Both the position numbers and the translations under genes were made by a program. The notes under the pieces are model-generated. The model was not told the origin of the DNA and did not search any database. It saw only the letters and a list, made by a program, of their open reading frames with translations. 64,000 nt of DNA from an uncultured virus (IMG/VR IMGVR_UViG_3300032331_001801) (taxonomy: Duplodnaviria > Heunggongvirae > Uroviricota > Caudoviricetes), in IMG/VR virus record IMGVR_UViG_3300032331_001801; one strand, 5' to 3'. Positions 20,767-30,255 of the stretch are shown one piece after another. Numbering within the stretch: the stretch's first letter is position 1; every line of letters begins with the position of its first letter.

Positions 20767-23085
20767 ATGATATCCGAAAAACTAGGATTATCTATAAAGA
20801 AGAGTATATTAAATTCTTCTCCATCCAACAAAGTTTCCCCCGCAAGCACAATCCGAAAGACTGCAAAGAACTATCTTGCGCTTGGTAACATAGCGCAAGA
20901 TTTACATATTGCCAATCTTAATTTTATCACATATGTAAACTTTTATGGTGGTAAAGCACGGAATAAAGCCGATGGACATATTTTAAGTGATGATGAACGT
21001 ACCAGAAAATTTGGTGTTCTTCGTCAGAAGTTTCTAAGTTCATTCATTTCAAAAGATTCGAAAGACGGTTTAAGTCAACATAGAGGGAAATCTTTATTTG
21101 GTTTGCAGCATTATTTGAGAAAGAAATTTACTAAAAGATTTGAACGTAAGATTAACGCTAAAGTTATGCGTCAGTTACGGAAAATAAAAATTGTTCGTAA
21201 ATTTTTCGCATTTAAACGACAAGTTCTAAAAGCATTAGCTAATGTTCTTAGTCGCTTTAATTTTAAAAAAATGGTTTTTAATTTTATTAAAACCAACTAT
21301 AAAAAACTTATAACTCCCATGTTTAAAGCAATTGAACGGTCATGGGCTAAAATTGGAATACGATTAGGGGCAAGGGCAGCCGCAACAGCATTAGGGGCTG
21401 CGGCTTCTTCCTGGTCAGGTCCTGGCGCAATTGCTGTCGCTGCTGTGATTTGGTTCGGTTATCCACTTTACGAAGGAATTCGGGATGCAATAAAATCATT
21501 CTCGGAGGATGGTGATTTAGCAAAAGCTGGAAAAACGTTTATAGTTTCATTTCTAGAATCAACTGCAATGGGTTTATTTGAACGTGAAGATATTAGTACA
21601 TTTGTAGATAGTTTTGCTGGTTGGTATATGAAGATTTTTGCAAAACTTTTTGAAGTAATTAATAAAGTCGTTACCTTTATTAGTAATAAATTAGAAATAG
21701 GTTTCACAAAGTTATTAACTAAAGGTAAAAGTGTTGTTGATACATTAAAGGATTTCTTTCGACCAGGTGAGTATCTGGATGAAATGTCTGATAAGAATAA
21801 AGCTTTAGCCGAACAGCAAGCTGCCGATGAGAAAAGAGCAAGATACAACGAATATCTTTCAGACCAAATATACCTTAAACGTAAAGAGATCACTCGCCTT
21901 AAAGGTGAAATACAGGCTCTTGAATTAGAAGAAGAACAGGGAGTCCTAAGTCCTGCCGCACAGAAAAAAGATGAGGAACAAGCAGAGTTTGAACGTAAAA
22001 ATGAAGAACTTCGTTTACTGGAAAAAGAAAAAGAAGTTGGATATACGGGTGATGATCCTACAGTACGTAAACGTTTAGGTTTACCTGAACAATCATACAA
22101 TAAAAGAAAAGAAGAAGAGAAGAAAGAAGAAAAGAAAGCACGTGACGAACAACTCGAAAATCTTTCAAAACAAGTTGAAAAGGAAGGATACAATCGTGGT
22201 GAAAAGATTGGTAAATCTGCATCCTTAGATAAAGGTCTAGGCGGCTATACCGCACCAGCAGCAAAACCAACGCAAGCACCCGTAGAAACTACATTTGATG
22301 AGAGTTCAAGTAAAGGTGTTATATCTTCAGCAGAACAATTTGTTAGTATTATGTATGAACCTGCAAGGAAAGCAGCAGCAAAATTAAATGTACCTGTGTT
22401 GGGTTTGTTAGCGCAGTGGGCAACAGAAAGTGGTTGGGGAAAAAAACCTGCGGGAGATTACAACTATTTTGGATTGAAATCGTTTGGTAAACCACCACAA
22501 AAATTAGTCACCACAAGAGAAAGCAATTTATCTAAAGCACAAATAGATTACTATAAACAGAAGGGTTGGTTTATTAAACAAGCTGGCAGTTCAGTTATTG
22601 TAAAAGATTTGTTTAAGTCCTATTCTTCAGTAGATCAGGCTGTAATGGCTCAAGCGGATTTCCTTTTAACGAATCCTCGTTATGCTAAAGCTGGCGTTTT
22701 CGGTACAAAGACTCCTTTAGAATATGGCGAAGCATTAAGAAAAGCTGGATATGCTACTGATCCAAAATACGCCAAAGCTATTGAATCAACTGCAAAGAGT
22801 GTAAGAACTAGGTTGGCATCAGCAGAGAAATTACAATATGCTGACAATGGTGAATTTGTTGGTAGTGGTGGAACAAAACTTGCACAGGCATCACCACCAC
22901 CTGCGGGTCCAGCAATAAATCAAAAATCAAAACAAGTTGCACAGGCACAACGAGAACAATTAAAACCGACTGATGTTGATGTTATCAATGTTGCAAAAAC
23001 AAACAATCAAAAAGTAGATAAGAATACTACTGTGGCAGCAACAAAACCAGTTAATTCGGATGCATTAGTAGAAAGAATGACGTAA
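20767..23085 (+). CDS. Tape-measure-like protein, paralogue 2, with C-terminal GH73 glucosaminidase (FlgJ-like) domain
   Basis: LAQWATESGWG...NYFGLK...FKSYSS...NPRY...AGYATDPKYA is the GH73 signature. Confidence 0.75.
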   Translation: MISEKLGLSIKKSILNSSPSNKVSPASTIRKTAKNYLALGNIAQDLHIANLNFITYVNFYGGKARNKADGHILSDDERTRKFGVLRQKFLSSFISKDSKDGLSQHRGKSLFGLQHYLRKKFTKRFERKINAKVMRQLRKIKIVRKFFAFKRQVLKALANVLSRFNFKKMVFNFIKTNYKKLITPMFKAIERSWAKIGIRLGARAAATALGAAASSWSGPGAIAVAAVIWFGYPLYEGIRDAIKSFSEDGDLAKAGKTFIVSFLESTAMGLFEREDISTFVDSFAGWYMKIFAKLFEVINKVVTFISNKLEIGFTKLLTKGKSVVDTLKDFFRPGEYLDEMSDKNKALAEQQAADEKRARYNEYLSDQIYLKRKEITRLKGEIQALELEEEQGVLSPAAQKKDEEQAEFERKNEELRLLEKEKEVGYTGDDPTVRKRLGLPEQSYNKRKEEEKKEEKKARDEQLENLSKQVEKEGYNRGEKIGKSASLDKGLGGYTAPAAKPTQAPVETTFDESSSKGVISSAEQFVSIMYEPARKAAAKLNVPVLGLLAQWATESGWGKKPAGDYNYFGLKSFGKPPQKLVTTRESNLSKAQIDYYKQKGWFIKQAGSSVIVKDLFKSYSSVDQAVMAQADFLLTNPRYAKAGVFGTKTPLEYGEALRKAGYATDPKYAKAIESTAKSVRTRLASAEKLQYADNGEFVGSGGTKLAQASPPPAGPAINQKSKQVAQAQREQLKPTDVDVINVAKTNNQKVDKNTTVAATKPVNSDALVERMT

Positions 23086-24863
23086 TGTTCGAAAAACTTT
23101 TTAATAAGCCAAAAGAAAACAGTAAAGTAGAACAACACAAAGATACTACACTTGGCGTATCTTCTATGAAGATTATTGCCAAGGACACATTAATTATTCC
23201 AAGACTTGCAAAAGAATTAAAGGTAATTAATAAATCCTTCAAACAACTTGTTCGTCTTGAGGGTGGACAACCAGCCGAATCTGAATCATTAAAGTCATAC
23301 AATAACAAATATGGCAGCATGAAAGAATTACATATTGCTGACAGAAAAGTTAAGCGTATGAAAGAAGAACAACGTCCAGCAGATTTTCTGGTTGTATTAT
23401 TTGAAAAATTTACGACAGTTTTAAAACTTGTATTTCTTGGAACTCTTTTTTCTGGTGTACTTCTTGCTGAAAAAATATCCGAATTAATAGACTTTAGCGG
23501 TCTGTATAAAAGTATAACATCTTTTTTTACCGATATAACTAATGGTGTTGTTAATTTTTTTACAAGTATTGATTGGCTTGGTGAATTTAAAAATAAGATT
23601 GGTGATCTTATAGAATTCATAAGTTTTGGTATGTTTACCAAAAAAGATGCTATGCTGATTGTTGAGGGTGCTGGTAATTTCACTTCAGAAATATTGCATA
23701 GGTTTGGTGAAATATTGGTAGTGGCAGCAAAAATAGTAAAAGAACATTTTGAAAAACTTGGCAGATTTCTTGCCATAGATTTATTGGGTGTTGATTATGA
23801 AGAAATAGATCGACAGAAGAAAGAAAGAAGTGCTGCTGTGGAAATGTCGGAATCCTTAAAGAAGGATAATGACGCTCTTGATGTTGAAGTGAAATCTCTT
23901 CAAAATAAACGCAACACGCTTAATGAAAAGAAGTATAAACGTGAAAAGGATGCCAGAGAACAAAAGATTAAGCAGCAAGAAGAAGAAGCTAAGAAAAAAG
24001 AAACCGTTGGTGATAAATTAAAAAAAATATTTACACCAAAAGAAGCTGTTGTTGAAGAAAAACCTGTAAACATCAGTACTGGTGCATCAGGGTTTGGTTT
24101 AACTGCGCCATCTGTTACTCCCACACCTGCCCCTGCTCCCGTTAAACCAGCACCTGCACCCACACCTGCGGCACCTACTCCAGCACCTGCGGCACCTAAA
24201 CCTGCCGATAAAAAAGAAAAGGCTCCAGCAAAAGCGGGTACGGTTGACGCTTCTCCTAAATTAGACACACCCACACCAACTAAATTTGAAGCAGCAAGTG
24301 AAATTACATTAGGTGCTATCAGTTCTAAATCTGGTAAAAAGGCATATGTGAACGAGCAAGTGGCACCAAGATTTCAAAAATTAATTGATTGGTTTGAATC
24401 TATTAATTATGAAATTAAAGTTTTGGGTGGATATAATCAAAGAAAAATTGCTGGAACTGACAAATGGAGTACACATAGTTACGGTGTCGCTATTGATATC
24501 AATCCAGCTAAAAATCCAATGGTTTCACCAACAAAATCGGATTGGACTGATATGCCAATTGAAGAAACATCCCAAATGGCAAAAAAATTAGGACTTGGTT
24601 GGGGTGGTGATTGGAAAAGTAAAAAAGATGCTATGCACTTCAGTATTGCGAAAAATGAAGGTGGTGATACACCATTGTCTACTATCGAATCTGCTGGTCT
24701 TCCAACAATCACAAAAAATGGAAAACAACTTGCACAGAATTCTTCTGATCTTGAACTGGAGAAACGTGAACAAGAAAAACGAAAAAATGCATTGGTGATT
24801 AATGCTGGTACAACAAACAATACCGTAATAAAAAATCAAAACAACGTTGTAGCAGCAACATAA
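23085..24863 (+). CDS. Tape-measure-like protein, paralogue 3, with C-terminal M15-family peptidase domain
   Basis: GGYNQR...WSTHSYGVAIDINP...WGGDW...DAMHF is the M15 Zn-peptidase signature; preceded by a Pro/Ala linker. Confidence 0.75.
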   Translation: MFEKLFNKPKENSKVEQHKDTTLGVSSMKIIAKDTLIIPRLAKELKVINKSFKQLVRLEGGQPAESESLKSYNNKYGSMKELHIADRKVKRMKEEQRPADFLVVLFEKFTTVLKLVFLGTLFSGVLLAEKISELIDFSGLYKSITSFFTDITNGVVNFFTSIDWLGEFKNKIGDLIEFISFGMFTKKDAMLIVEGAGNFTSEILHRFGEILVVAAKIVKEHFEKLGRFLAIDLLGVDYEEIDRQKKERSAAVEMSESLKKDNDALDVEVKSLQNKRNTLNEKKYKREKDAREQKIKQQEEEAKKKETVGDKLKKIFTPKEAVVEEKPVNISTGASGFGLTAPSVTPTPAPAPVKPAPAPTPAAPTPAPAAPKPADKKEKAPAKAGTVDASPKLDTPTPTKFEAASEITLGAISSKSGKKAYVNEQVAPRFQKLIDWFESINYEIKVLGGYNQRKIAGTDKWSTHSYGVAIDINPAKNPMVSPTKSDWTDMPIEETSQMAKKLGLGWGGDWKSKKDAMHFSIAKNEGGDTPLSTIESAGLPTITKNGKQLAQNSSDLELEKREQEKRKNALVINAGTTNNTVIKNQNNVVAAT

Positions 24864-24892
24864 AAAAACCCCACACCTTTCAATGTGGGGTC
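24864..24892. terminator. Intrinsic terminator between convergent tail and gp32 operons
   Basis: A-run + ACCCCACA-loop-TGTGGGGT hairpin. Confidence 0.7.
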
Positions 24893-24910
24893 AAAGAACA
24901 GGACTAGGTT

Positions 24911-25768
24911 TTAACCCTGTTCTGCGAGAGATCGGAAATAATCCACTTCATCATCATCTCCAAGACTTGGTGCTGATGTGAGAGTAGTATCTTCGGCTTT
25001 GCTACTAATTTGTGTTACACCATTCAAGCCTAGAACCAGAGTCAGTCGAGCTTTCAACTGATCATATGATTTGAAGTGTTTGGCATCAATGAACTCTTTG
25101 AGTGAATGCTCAGACTTCCAGATTTTCTCAAGCTTTGCATCATCATCTGACAATGCTGCTGGTGTATCAAACTCGGATTTATCGTAGTTGCGATAACCTT
25201 CAACTTGACGAATCTTGATTTTGAAGTTGGCACCTTCCCAAAAATCAAATGGATTCATTGGTGTTTCATCAGCAAACTCTGGATTCATTGCTTCAGAGAT
25301 TTTGTCAAAGATTTTCTTACCAAACTTATACAGCTTGATTTGACCTTCATTTGCTGGATTCTTAGGATCAGAGATCACCAAGACGTTTGCAATGTAAGTA
25401 AGCTTACGCTTTTGCTTACGTACAATTTCTTTGTTTGCTTCGATGCCAGAATTCCAAAGAATAGAATTGTGTTCGCATACAGGACATGTCTGAGCATTTG
25501 TAGTCAGACAATTATCAATCAACCAGCCGCCAGTTCCCTGAAATGCGTGATTGAAACGACGAACCCAAGGAAGAGCGTCATCGCCATCTGCTGCGGGTGC
25601 AGGTAGAAAACGAATGATTGCCATACCGTTTCCTGCTTTGTCTACTTCAGGTTGCCAGAAACGTTCATCGTCTTTTTCGTAGACACCTTCTGTTGGTTGA
25701 CTAACCTTCAATACTTCTTTAGTGAGTGATTCTGTGCTGCGACTGCGTTTAAGTTTTTCGAAATCCAT
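24911..25768 (-). CDS. gp32: Single-stranded DNA-binding protein gp32
   Basis: DERFWQP..DKAGNGMAIIRFLPA, CLTT...CPVCE, YKFGKKIFDKI, FDFWEGANFKIKIR.VEGYRNYDKSEF. Confidence 0.97.
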   Translation of the reverse strand: MDFEKLKRSRSTESLTKEVLKVSQPTEGVYEKDDERFWQPEVDKAGNGMAIIRFLPAPAADGDDALPWVRRFNHAFQGTGGWLIDNCLTTNAQTCPVCEHNSILWNSGIEANKEIVRKQKRKLTYIANVLVISDPKNPANEGQIKLYKFGKKIFDKISEAMNPEFADETPMNPFDFWEGANFKIKIRQVEGYRNYDKSEFDTPAALSDDDAKLEKIWKSEHSLKEFIDAKHFKSYDQLKARLTLVLGLNGVTQISSKAEDTTLTSAPSLGDDDEVDYFRSLAEQG

Positions 25769-25791
25769 GTGTTTACCTCGTATGTTAAATA

Positions 25792-26334
25792 TTAAGAATG
25801 TATAACGTCTTGTCCACTTTGTTCATGATCAACTGCTACGTAAGTACCATCCACGATTGACTTTAAAGTTTTTAAAGTCTTGTTTAGATCATTATGAATG
25901 ATACCAATACCACCTGCCATATTAAAATCATCAATAACATCCTGCGTGTCATCAATAAGTATCACATTAGGCTTTGCATAGTCAGCTTTTAGGGCACGAC
26001 CAGGAACTATGTTTGCCTTGAAGTCGATATAGTGTTTCTTTAACCATATCTTCTTTTGCTTCTTAACTGCTTCATGATGTGTACGACCACCCGAAGAAGA
26101 AAGAATCTCTATCGGTATATCCAATGAAAGAACATACTGTAACAATTCTTTACCACCAGGATACCACTCTAATGTTTCAAAATTATTACCCTCAACAAAT
26201 TCATCCCATTTATGATCACGTTTTTCACCACGTTCACGATTGGGTTGAGGGTCTACTTTCCACATCTCTTTATAACGTTTGACAAAATCACTTAGTACAC
26301 CATCCATGTCAAGATATATTTTCTGTATTTTCAT
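25792..26334 (-). CDS. HAD-family 5'(3')-deoxyribonucleotidase-like protein
   Basis: IYLDMDGVLSDF, ILSS, K..W, ILIDD motifs. Confidence 0.8.
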   Translation of the reverse strand: MKIQKIYLDMDGVLSDFVKRYKEMWKVDPQPNRERGEKRDHKWDEFVEGNNFETLEWYPGGKELLQYVLSLDIPIEILSSSGGRTHHEAVKKQKKIWLKKHYIDFKANIVPGRALKADYAKPNVILIDDTQDVIDDFNMAGGIGIIHNDLNKTLKTLKSIVDGTYVAVDHEQSGQDVIHS

Positions 26335-26920
26335 TTAAAGTTTTCTTCAATAATAACTTATACTTCGTCAAGTCAAACTGTATAAACGGTGTGTACTTCT
26401 TTATCCGCAAACTAACTTTTGGATAGTGGATCGTATCCGAGATTTGTTTATCCCATCTTGGAATAAATCCAAGAATAGAATTCAGTATACACATTGTCTC
26501 TAATTGAATCTCACTGTGTAAATACTTCTGCAACAAATCTGGATACTGCCCATCTTGACACTGTAACATAGCATTTGGGTTGCTGTCAAACAAATTCTCT
26601 ATGTCATTTGTAAAAGTATATGTTAATGACTGAATAACTTTTTGTCTAGCACGATAACAAACTTCTGCTTCATCCTGCAATAGATTGCCCACCCATACAT
26701 TAGAATCGGCAATAAAGTTGGCAACCAAAAAATCCTGCATCATCTGTTCACTGGAACACCGACGAGAAAGTTTATAGTATTGCCACTTATCTTTCCGATT
26801 CTCAAATGCCTCTACACTTGTTCTTGATTTACCTCGATACTTCAGGAAATCATACTGCTCTTGTGTAAAATGTAACTTGAGTGAGGAAAATAAACAAAAC
26901 GCCTCATAGCCTGTCATCAT
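26309..26920 (-). CDS. gp59: Helicase loader gp59
   Basis: LKLHFT...YDFLKYRGKSR....FENRKD..., LET..IL...LGF, KKYTPF; synteny with gp33 and gp32. Confidence 0.9.
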   Translation of the reverse strand: MMTGYEAFCLFSSLKLHFTQEQYDFLKYRGKSRTSVEAFENRKDKWQYYKLSRRCSSEQMMQDFLVANFIADSNVWVGNLLQDEAEVCYRARQKVIQSLTYTFTNDIENLFDSNPNAMLQCQDGQYPDLLQKYLHSEIQLETMCILNSILGFIPRWDKQISDTIHYPKVSLRIKKYTPFIQFDLTKYKLLLKKTLNENTENIS

Positions 26921-26926
26921 AGCCTG

Positions 26927-27151
26927 TCATATTGGTAAACGACTACTCTTCGTTTTTAACATATTCATATTTTCAGCTTGTTCATGTATCTTTGCTTTTA
27001 AGTTTGGAGAAATAAGTGTTGCTGCCACCTCAGTCTCCAAACCTGTTTTATTACAATACTCTATGATAGCTTCTAGATAATTATAATCCGTAGTTGCGAC
27101 GATTTCTTCTATCTCACCTGCAAATTTTATCATCTCTTCTTTTGTTGGCAT
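26927..27151 (-). CDS. gp33: Late transcription coactivator gp33
   Basis: F..EIE.IV....NYLEAIIEYC...LISPNLKAKI..A...NMLK...LPI. Confidence 0.88.
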   Translation of the reverse strand: MPTKEEMIKFAGEIEEIVATTDYNYLEAIIEYCNKTGLETEVAATLISPNLKAKIHEQAENMNMLKTKSSRLPI

Positions 27152-27152
27152 A

Positions 27153-27767
27153 TTAAAACTTTACTTTTGCACCGCCAGAAGTACCAGGCATTTCAAAATT
27201 TAATATATCACTAACAGATAAAGACTTCAAATCTTTACTGCTGAAAGACCACGATTGAATTTGCTCTTGCGTCAACGGTGCCATCGTTGGTAATGAACCT
27301 ATTTTAGCCCAATCGGAATATGAATGTGATGTCATTGTCCCCAAATCAGTCACACTAATTGGTGCTAAAGAAGTAGTAGTCAATCCACCAAATGGCCATC
27401 CATTGTTAGGTAAGTTATCCATAGAGAACTTATCTTGTGTTGGATTTTGCTTCAATCTATCTTTTGGTTCAAACTGTGTTCGTTCCATTGGACCATCTTC
27501 GTATTGTCCCACCCATTCATCTTCTTTTGATTCATCATAATCATATATTTCACCAATTTCATTCTCAATATCATGACCCGATGCAATTAGAAATTTCTTG
27601 AATTGCTGAAATACCACAGACAAATCATATTCAGGTTCTGCCTGAAATGACATACTTACATGAGTACCTTGCCTGTCTGTAAAATTAAAACTATAACTAC
27701 ATGTACCATCATCACTATCGTAATGACCAAGTGTTGCTTGTTGTTTATACATAATCCCCACCCCCAT
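27153..27767 (-). CDS. Hypothetical protein
   Basis: 204-aa ORF tightly packed in operon; start may be a few codons downstream. Confidence 0.6.
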   Translation of the reverse strand: MGVGIMYKQQATLGHYDSDDGTCSYSFNFTDRQGTHVSMSFQAEPEYDLSVVFQQFKKFLIASGHDIENEIGEIYDYDESKEDEWVGQYEDGPMERTQFEPKDRLKQNPTQDKFSMDNLPNNGWPFGGLTTTSLAPISVTDLGTMTSHSYSDWAKIGSLPTMAPLTQEQIQSWSFSSKDLKSLSVSDILNFEMPGTSGGAKVKF

Positions 27768-28040
27768 TTAAAAAGATTTTTTCCCCGCAAATGCTGCATG
27801 TGTTATACAAATTATATCATCACCTCTAGCATAGGAGCAGCGCACTGACAACGGATCAATACCTTTTACAATTGCATTTTCAATGTTAGATGCCATCAAT
27901 TTACGTTCATTGATGTAATAGATGCAGATTGCAGCTATCACTGAAAGTAGAACCAATGTAACTGAAAATATTATTATAGCATTCAAACTCTTCTGCTCCA
28001 TCATCAACTTCTCCTTTTTACTATTTAATATAGCCATCAA
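27768..28040 (-). CDS. Hypothetical membrane protein
   Basis: One hydrophobic segment, then GIDPLSVRCSY. Confidence 0.6.
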   Translation of the reverse strand: MMAILNSKKEKLMMEQKSLNAIIIFSVTLVLLSVIAAICIYYINERKLMASNIENAIVKGIDPLSVRCSYARGDDIICITHAAFAGKKSF

Positions 28041-28591
28041 ACGTTCCTTTGTTTTACTCTGTTGTAGAAAATGTGCCTACCGATATAGGCAGTCCTTCTC
28101 ATATTGTTCCAAGTCGGCTTAACATAGTCTGCATGATAAAACAATGCCCCCTTAGATGGGTCATCATATTCTTCTGGATTTAAATAAAAATTCATTGATA
28201 AATCCACAATACTATTATATAACAAATTGCTATCAGGTGTCAATGCTTTTCTACTAATAATTGCTTTGGCTCGATCTTGACAGAACCACGAAAATTGGCA
28301 TACACCATCTGCCTTTTGTTTTACTACACCACAATAAGTAGTTGGATATTTACCGCTAATCATGCGGTTACGGGTTACATGAGCAACAGCAATTTGTCCT
28401 TCTCTAGGTTCTTGTGCTGCTTCAAAGTAAATGTTCTGTGCAAGACACTCAATCTCGGTTCTTGCTTCTTTAGTTAGGTCGCGTAGTTCTACATTTAATT
28501 TGGTAGGCACAACAATCTGCGCCATAGTCTGACCAAAAAATAAAATGAAAGACGCAAAACACGCGCACAGTAATAGGGTTAAAAAACGCAT
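28037..28591 (-). CDS. Cell wall hydrolase, SleB/Hydrolase_2 family
   Basis: CLAQNIYFEA..EP..GQIAVA.VT.NR, CQFSW, GALFYHADYVKP.W, IGRHIFY; N-terminal signal; AAGGAG RBS. Confidence 0.9.
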   Translation of the reverse strand: MRFLTLLLCACFASFILFFGQTMAQIVVPTKLNVELRDLTKEARTEIECLAQNIYFEAAQEPREGQIAVAHVTRNRMISGKYPTTYCGVVKQKADGVCQFSWFCQDRAKAIISRKALTPDSNLLYNSIVDLSMNFYLNPEEYDDPSKGALFYHADYVKPTWNNMRRTAYIGRHIFYNRVKQRNV

Positions 28592-28610
28592 TATTTCTCC
28601 TTGTTAGTTA

Positions 28611-28630
28611 GGGAGGTGCCGAAGCACCTC
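28611..28630 (-). terminator. Hairpin between ORFs (terminator or processing stem)
   Basis: GAGGTGC-CGAA-GCACCTC (UUCG loop on the minus strand); no clear U-tract. Confidence 0.45.
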
Positions 28631-28638
28631 TTGTCCCA

Positions 28639-28911
28639 TCAGGTAGATGATTTTGCTTTAGGTTTATCTACTGAAATGTTTGAAACAAAACCGTTCAAGG
28701 CTTGCGCCTTTGCGATGATCTCTGCTTCAGGGGGGTATGGTGGGAATACGGGATGGTCTGGAATCTGACCGCCATTTAGTTTAGCGGTTTCGACTTTAAC
28801 AGTCCAATCAGTGCTTATTTGTTGACACTTTCCGTGGTAATCTTCGGAAAGCATATCTTTTGCCATTTTTAAAAGTTCAAGACGAATCTCGAATGGGGTC
28901 AAATTACTCAT
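28639..28911 (-). CDS. Conserved hypothetical phage protein
   Basis: PFEIRLELLKMAKDML...EIIAKAQALNGFVS; AGGAG RBS. Confidence 0.75.
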   Translation of the reverse strand: MSNLTPFEIRLELLKMAKDMLSEDYHGKCQQISTDWTVKVETAKLNGGQIPDHPVFPPYPPEAEIIAKAQALNGFVSNISVDKPKAKSST

Positions 28912-28968
28912 GTGTTTCTCCTGTGTGTGTAATACTGGCGAATATGTGTGTGATGCCAGTATATCTAT

Positions 28969-29223
28969 TTAGTCTTTTTTTTCTGCTCCTGTAATACAAT
29001 AACCACCTTTGAACACATAAACATCAGAATCAACTCTTAGCTGTTCATATACTTCATTGTTGAAACATTTGTATGGATCACGATAGTTCTGTGTTGCATA
29101 GTATACACCATAACCGATACCTGCGAGAACCATTAGAATAGGTATATACTTTAGGAACTTTACAATTCCTGGCATTAACTCTAACAGCTTCGGGAGGATT
29201 TCTAGTAAGGCTTTCAATCCCAC
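28969..29223 (-). CDS. Hypothetical membrane protein
   Basis: One TM segment, two Cys in C-terminal part; overlaps stop of upstream ORF. Confidence 0.6.
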   Translation of the reverse strand: MGLKALLEILPKLLELMPGIVKFLKYIPILMVLAGIGYGVYYATQNYRDPYKCFNNEVYEQLRVDSDVYVFKGGYCITGAEKKD

Positions 29224-29774
29224 AGTCCTTGATAGTACTTACCAAATAGACGAAACCCATTCTCAACACGAAGACATTCTTCTTTAGTTGCTGACCAATC
29301 GGTGTCTCTTACTTTCATTTCAAATGCATAAATCATTTCACCCATCACCCAATCCCATCGGGCATGAATATCAAATTCACCTTCTTGTATTTGGTGTTCA
29401 TGATAAAAATCAAATACCGTCTGATGATCCCAACTTTCAGTAGTTATACAACGAAGATGCTCTGGAACATCTTCCATGTCAACGAATCCTGAACCATGCT
29501 TTGATGCTTTCAGTTGTTTCAGCATCGGTAGAATGATATTCGCTAATGTATGATCCATTGACCATGTATCATACTTGTCAATTTTTACATAGTCGATTCG
29601 GGGATGAACAAAGTCAAGAAAATTCATCCATGCTACAGAAAATGGATTGAGGAAATTGGAAAGTTTTTCGATGATTGGTTCACCGTAATCAATCTCACGC
29701 CAAAAGAAAATCTTCTCCAGAATAGTGTAAGGAGAAACCCAATGATTACGGTAATTTGACTTATAGATTTTCAT
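29214..29774 (-). CDS. Conserved hypothetical phage protein
   Basis: IDKYDTWSMDHTLA.IILPMLKQLK..KHG...RWDWV..EMIYAF...NGFRLFGKYY.GLWD. Confidence 0.75.
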   Translation of the reverse strand: MKIYKSNYRNHWVSPYTILEKIFFWREIDYGEPIIEKLSNFLNPFSVAWMNFLDFVHPRIDYVKIDKYDTWSMDHTLANIILPMLKQLKASKHGSGFVDMEDVPEHLRCITTESWDHQTVFDFYHEHQIQEGEFDIHARWDWVMGEMIYAFEMKVRDTDWSATKEECLRVENGFRLFGKYYQGLWD

Positions 29775-29784
29775 GGTATAAAAA

Positions 29785-30110
29785 TAGTTGGGAGTGATTG
29801 GTTAATAAGGACACTCCCGAAACCCCAAGTGAGTTACGCTGCTAGGCGATCCTCACCGTAAAATGCGTCATTTGCATTTGTAGTTTTGCTTGATTAACGA
29901 TCATCGCCTATCGTGTTGCCTTCTCTACTATCTCACGCTGTCGAAACCAATTCATCCCCATCAGAAGCACACTACCACACGTTGTATATTACTAAAGGTA
30001 GCGATCCTTTAGTAGTGTAGCGGGTAACTCCATAATGTGCTTCTGGTGGAGATGGGGGTATCGAAACCCCGTCCAACATGCCTTTGCTTTGAAGGAATTA
30101 CAACAATTCT
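29785..30110 (-). ncRNA. ssrA: Circularly permuted (two-piece) tmRNA
   Basis: Minus strand: acceptor piece ...GGAC GGGGT TTCGAT ACCCC CATCTCC ACCA (3' end 30044); 84-nt intervening segment; coding piece from 29959 GGGGATG AATTGGTTTCGAC (G3.U70 pair with CATCTCC); tag ORF 29875-29834 = ANDAFYGEDRLAA*; 3' hairpin GGGAGTG...CACTCCC. Outer ends approximate. Confidence 0.93.
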
Positions 30111-30255
30111 ATCTTATGTAATTGCCAGTGACAACCACATAAATGAACAAACACCAACCAAATCGGAGTGCTATATCAAACCAACGTTCAAAATGATCGA
30201 GTTTAGTTTTAGGTTCTTTTTTCTCATCACTCATATTCATAACGACTCCATAATA

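Noticed and set aside
19035..24839. Minus-strand ORFs up to 241 aa opposite the tape-measure-like genes
   Set aside because: Antisense shadows; Ser/Phe-rich mirror of Lys/Glu-rich sense codons
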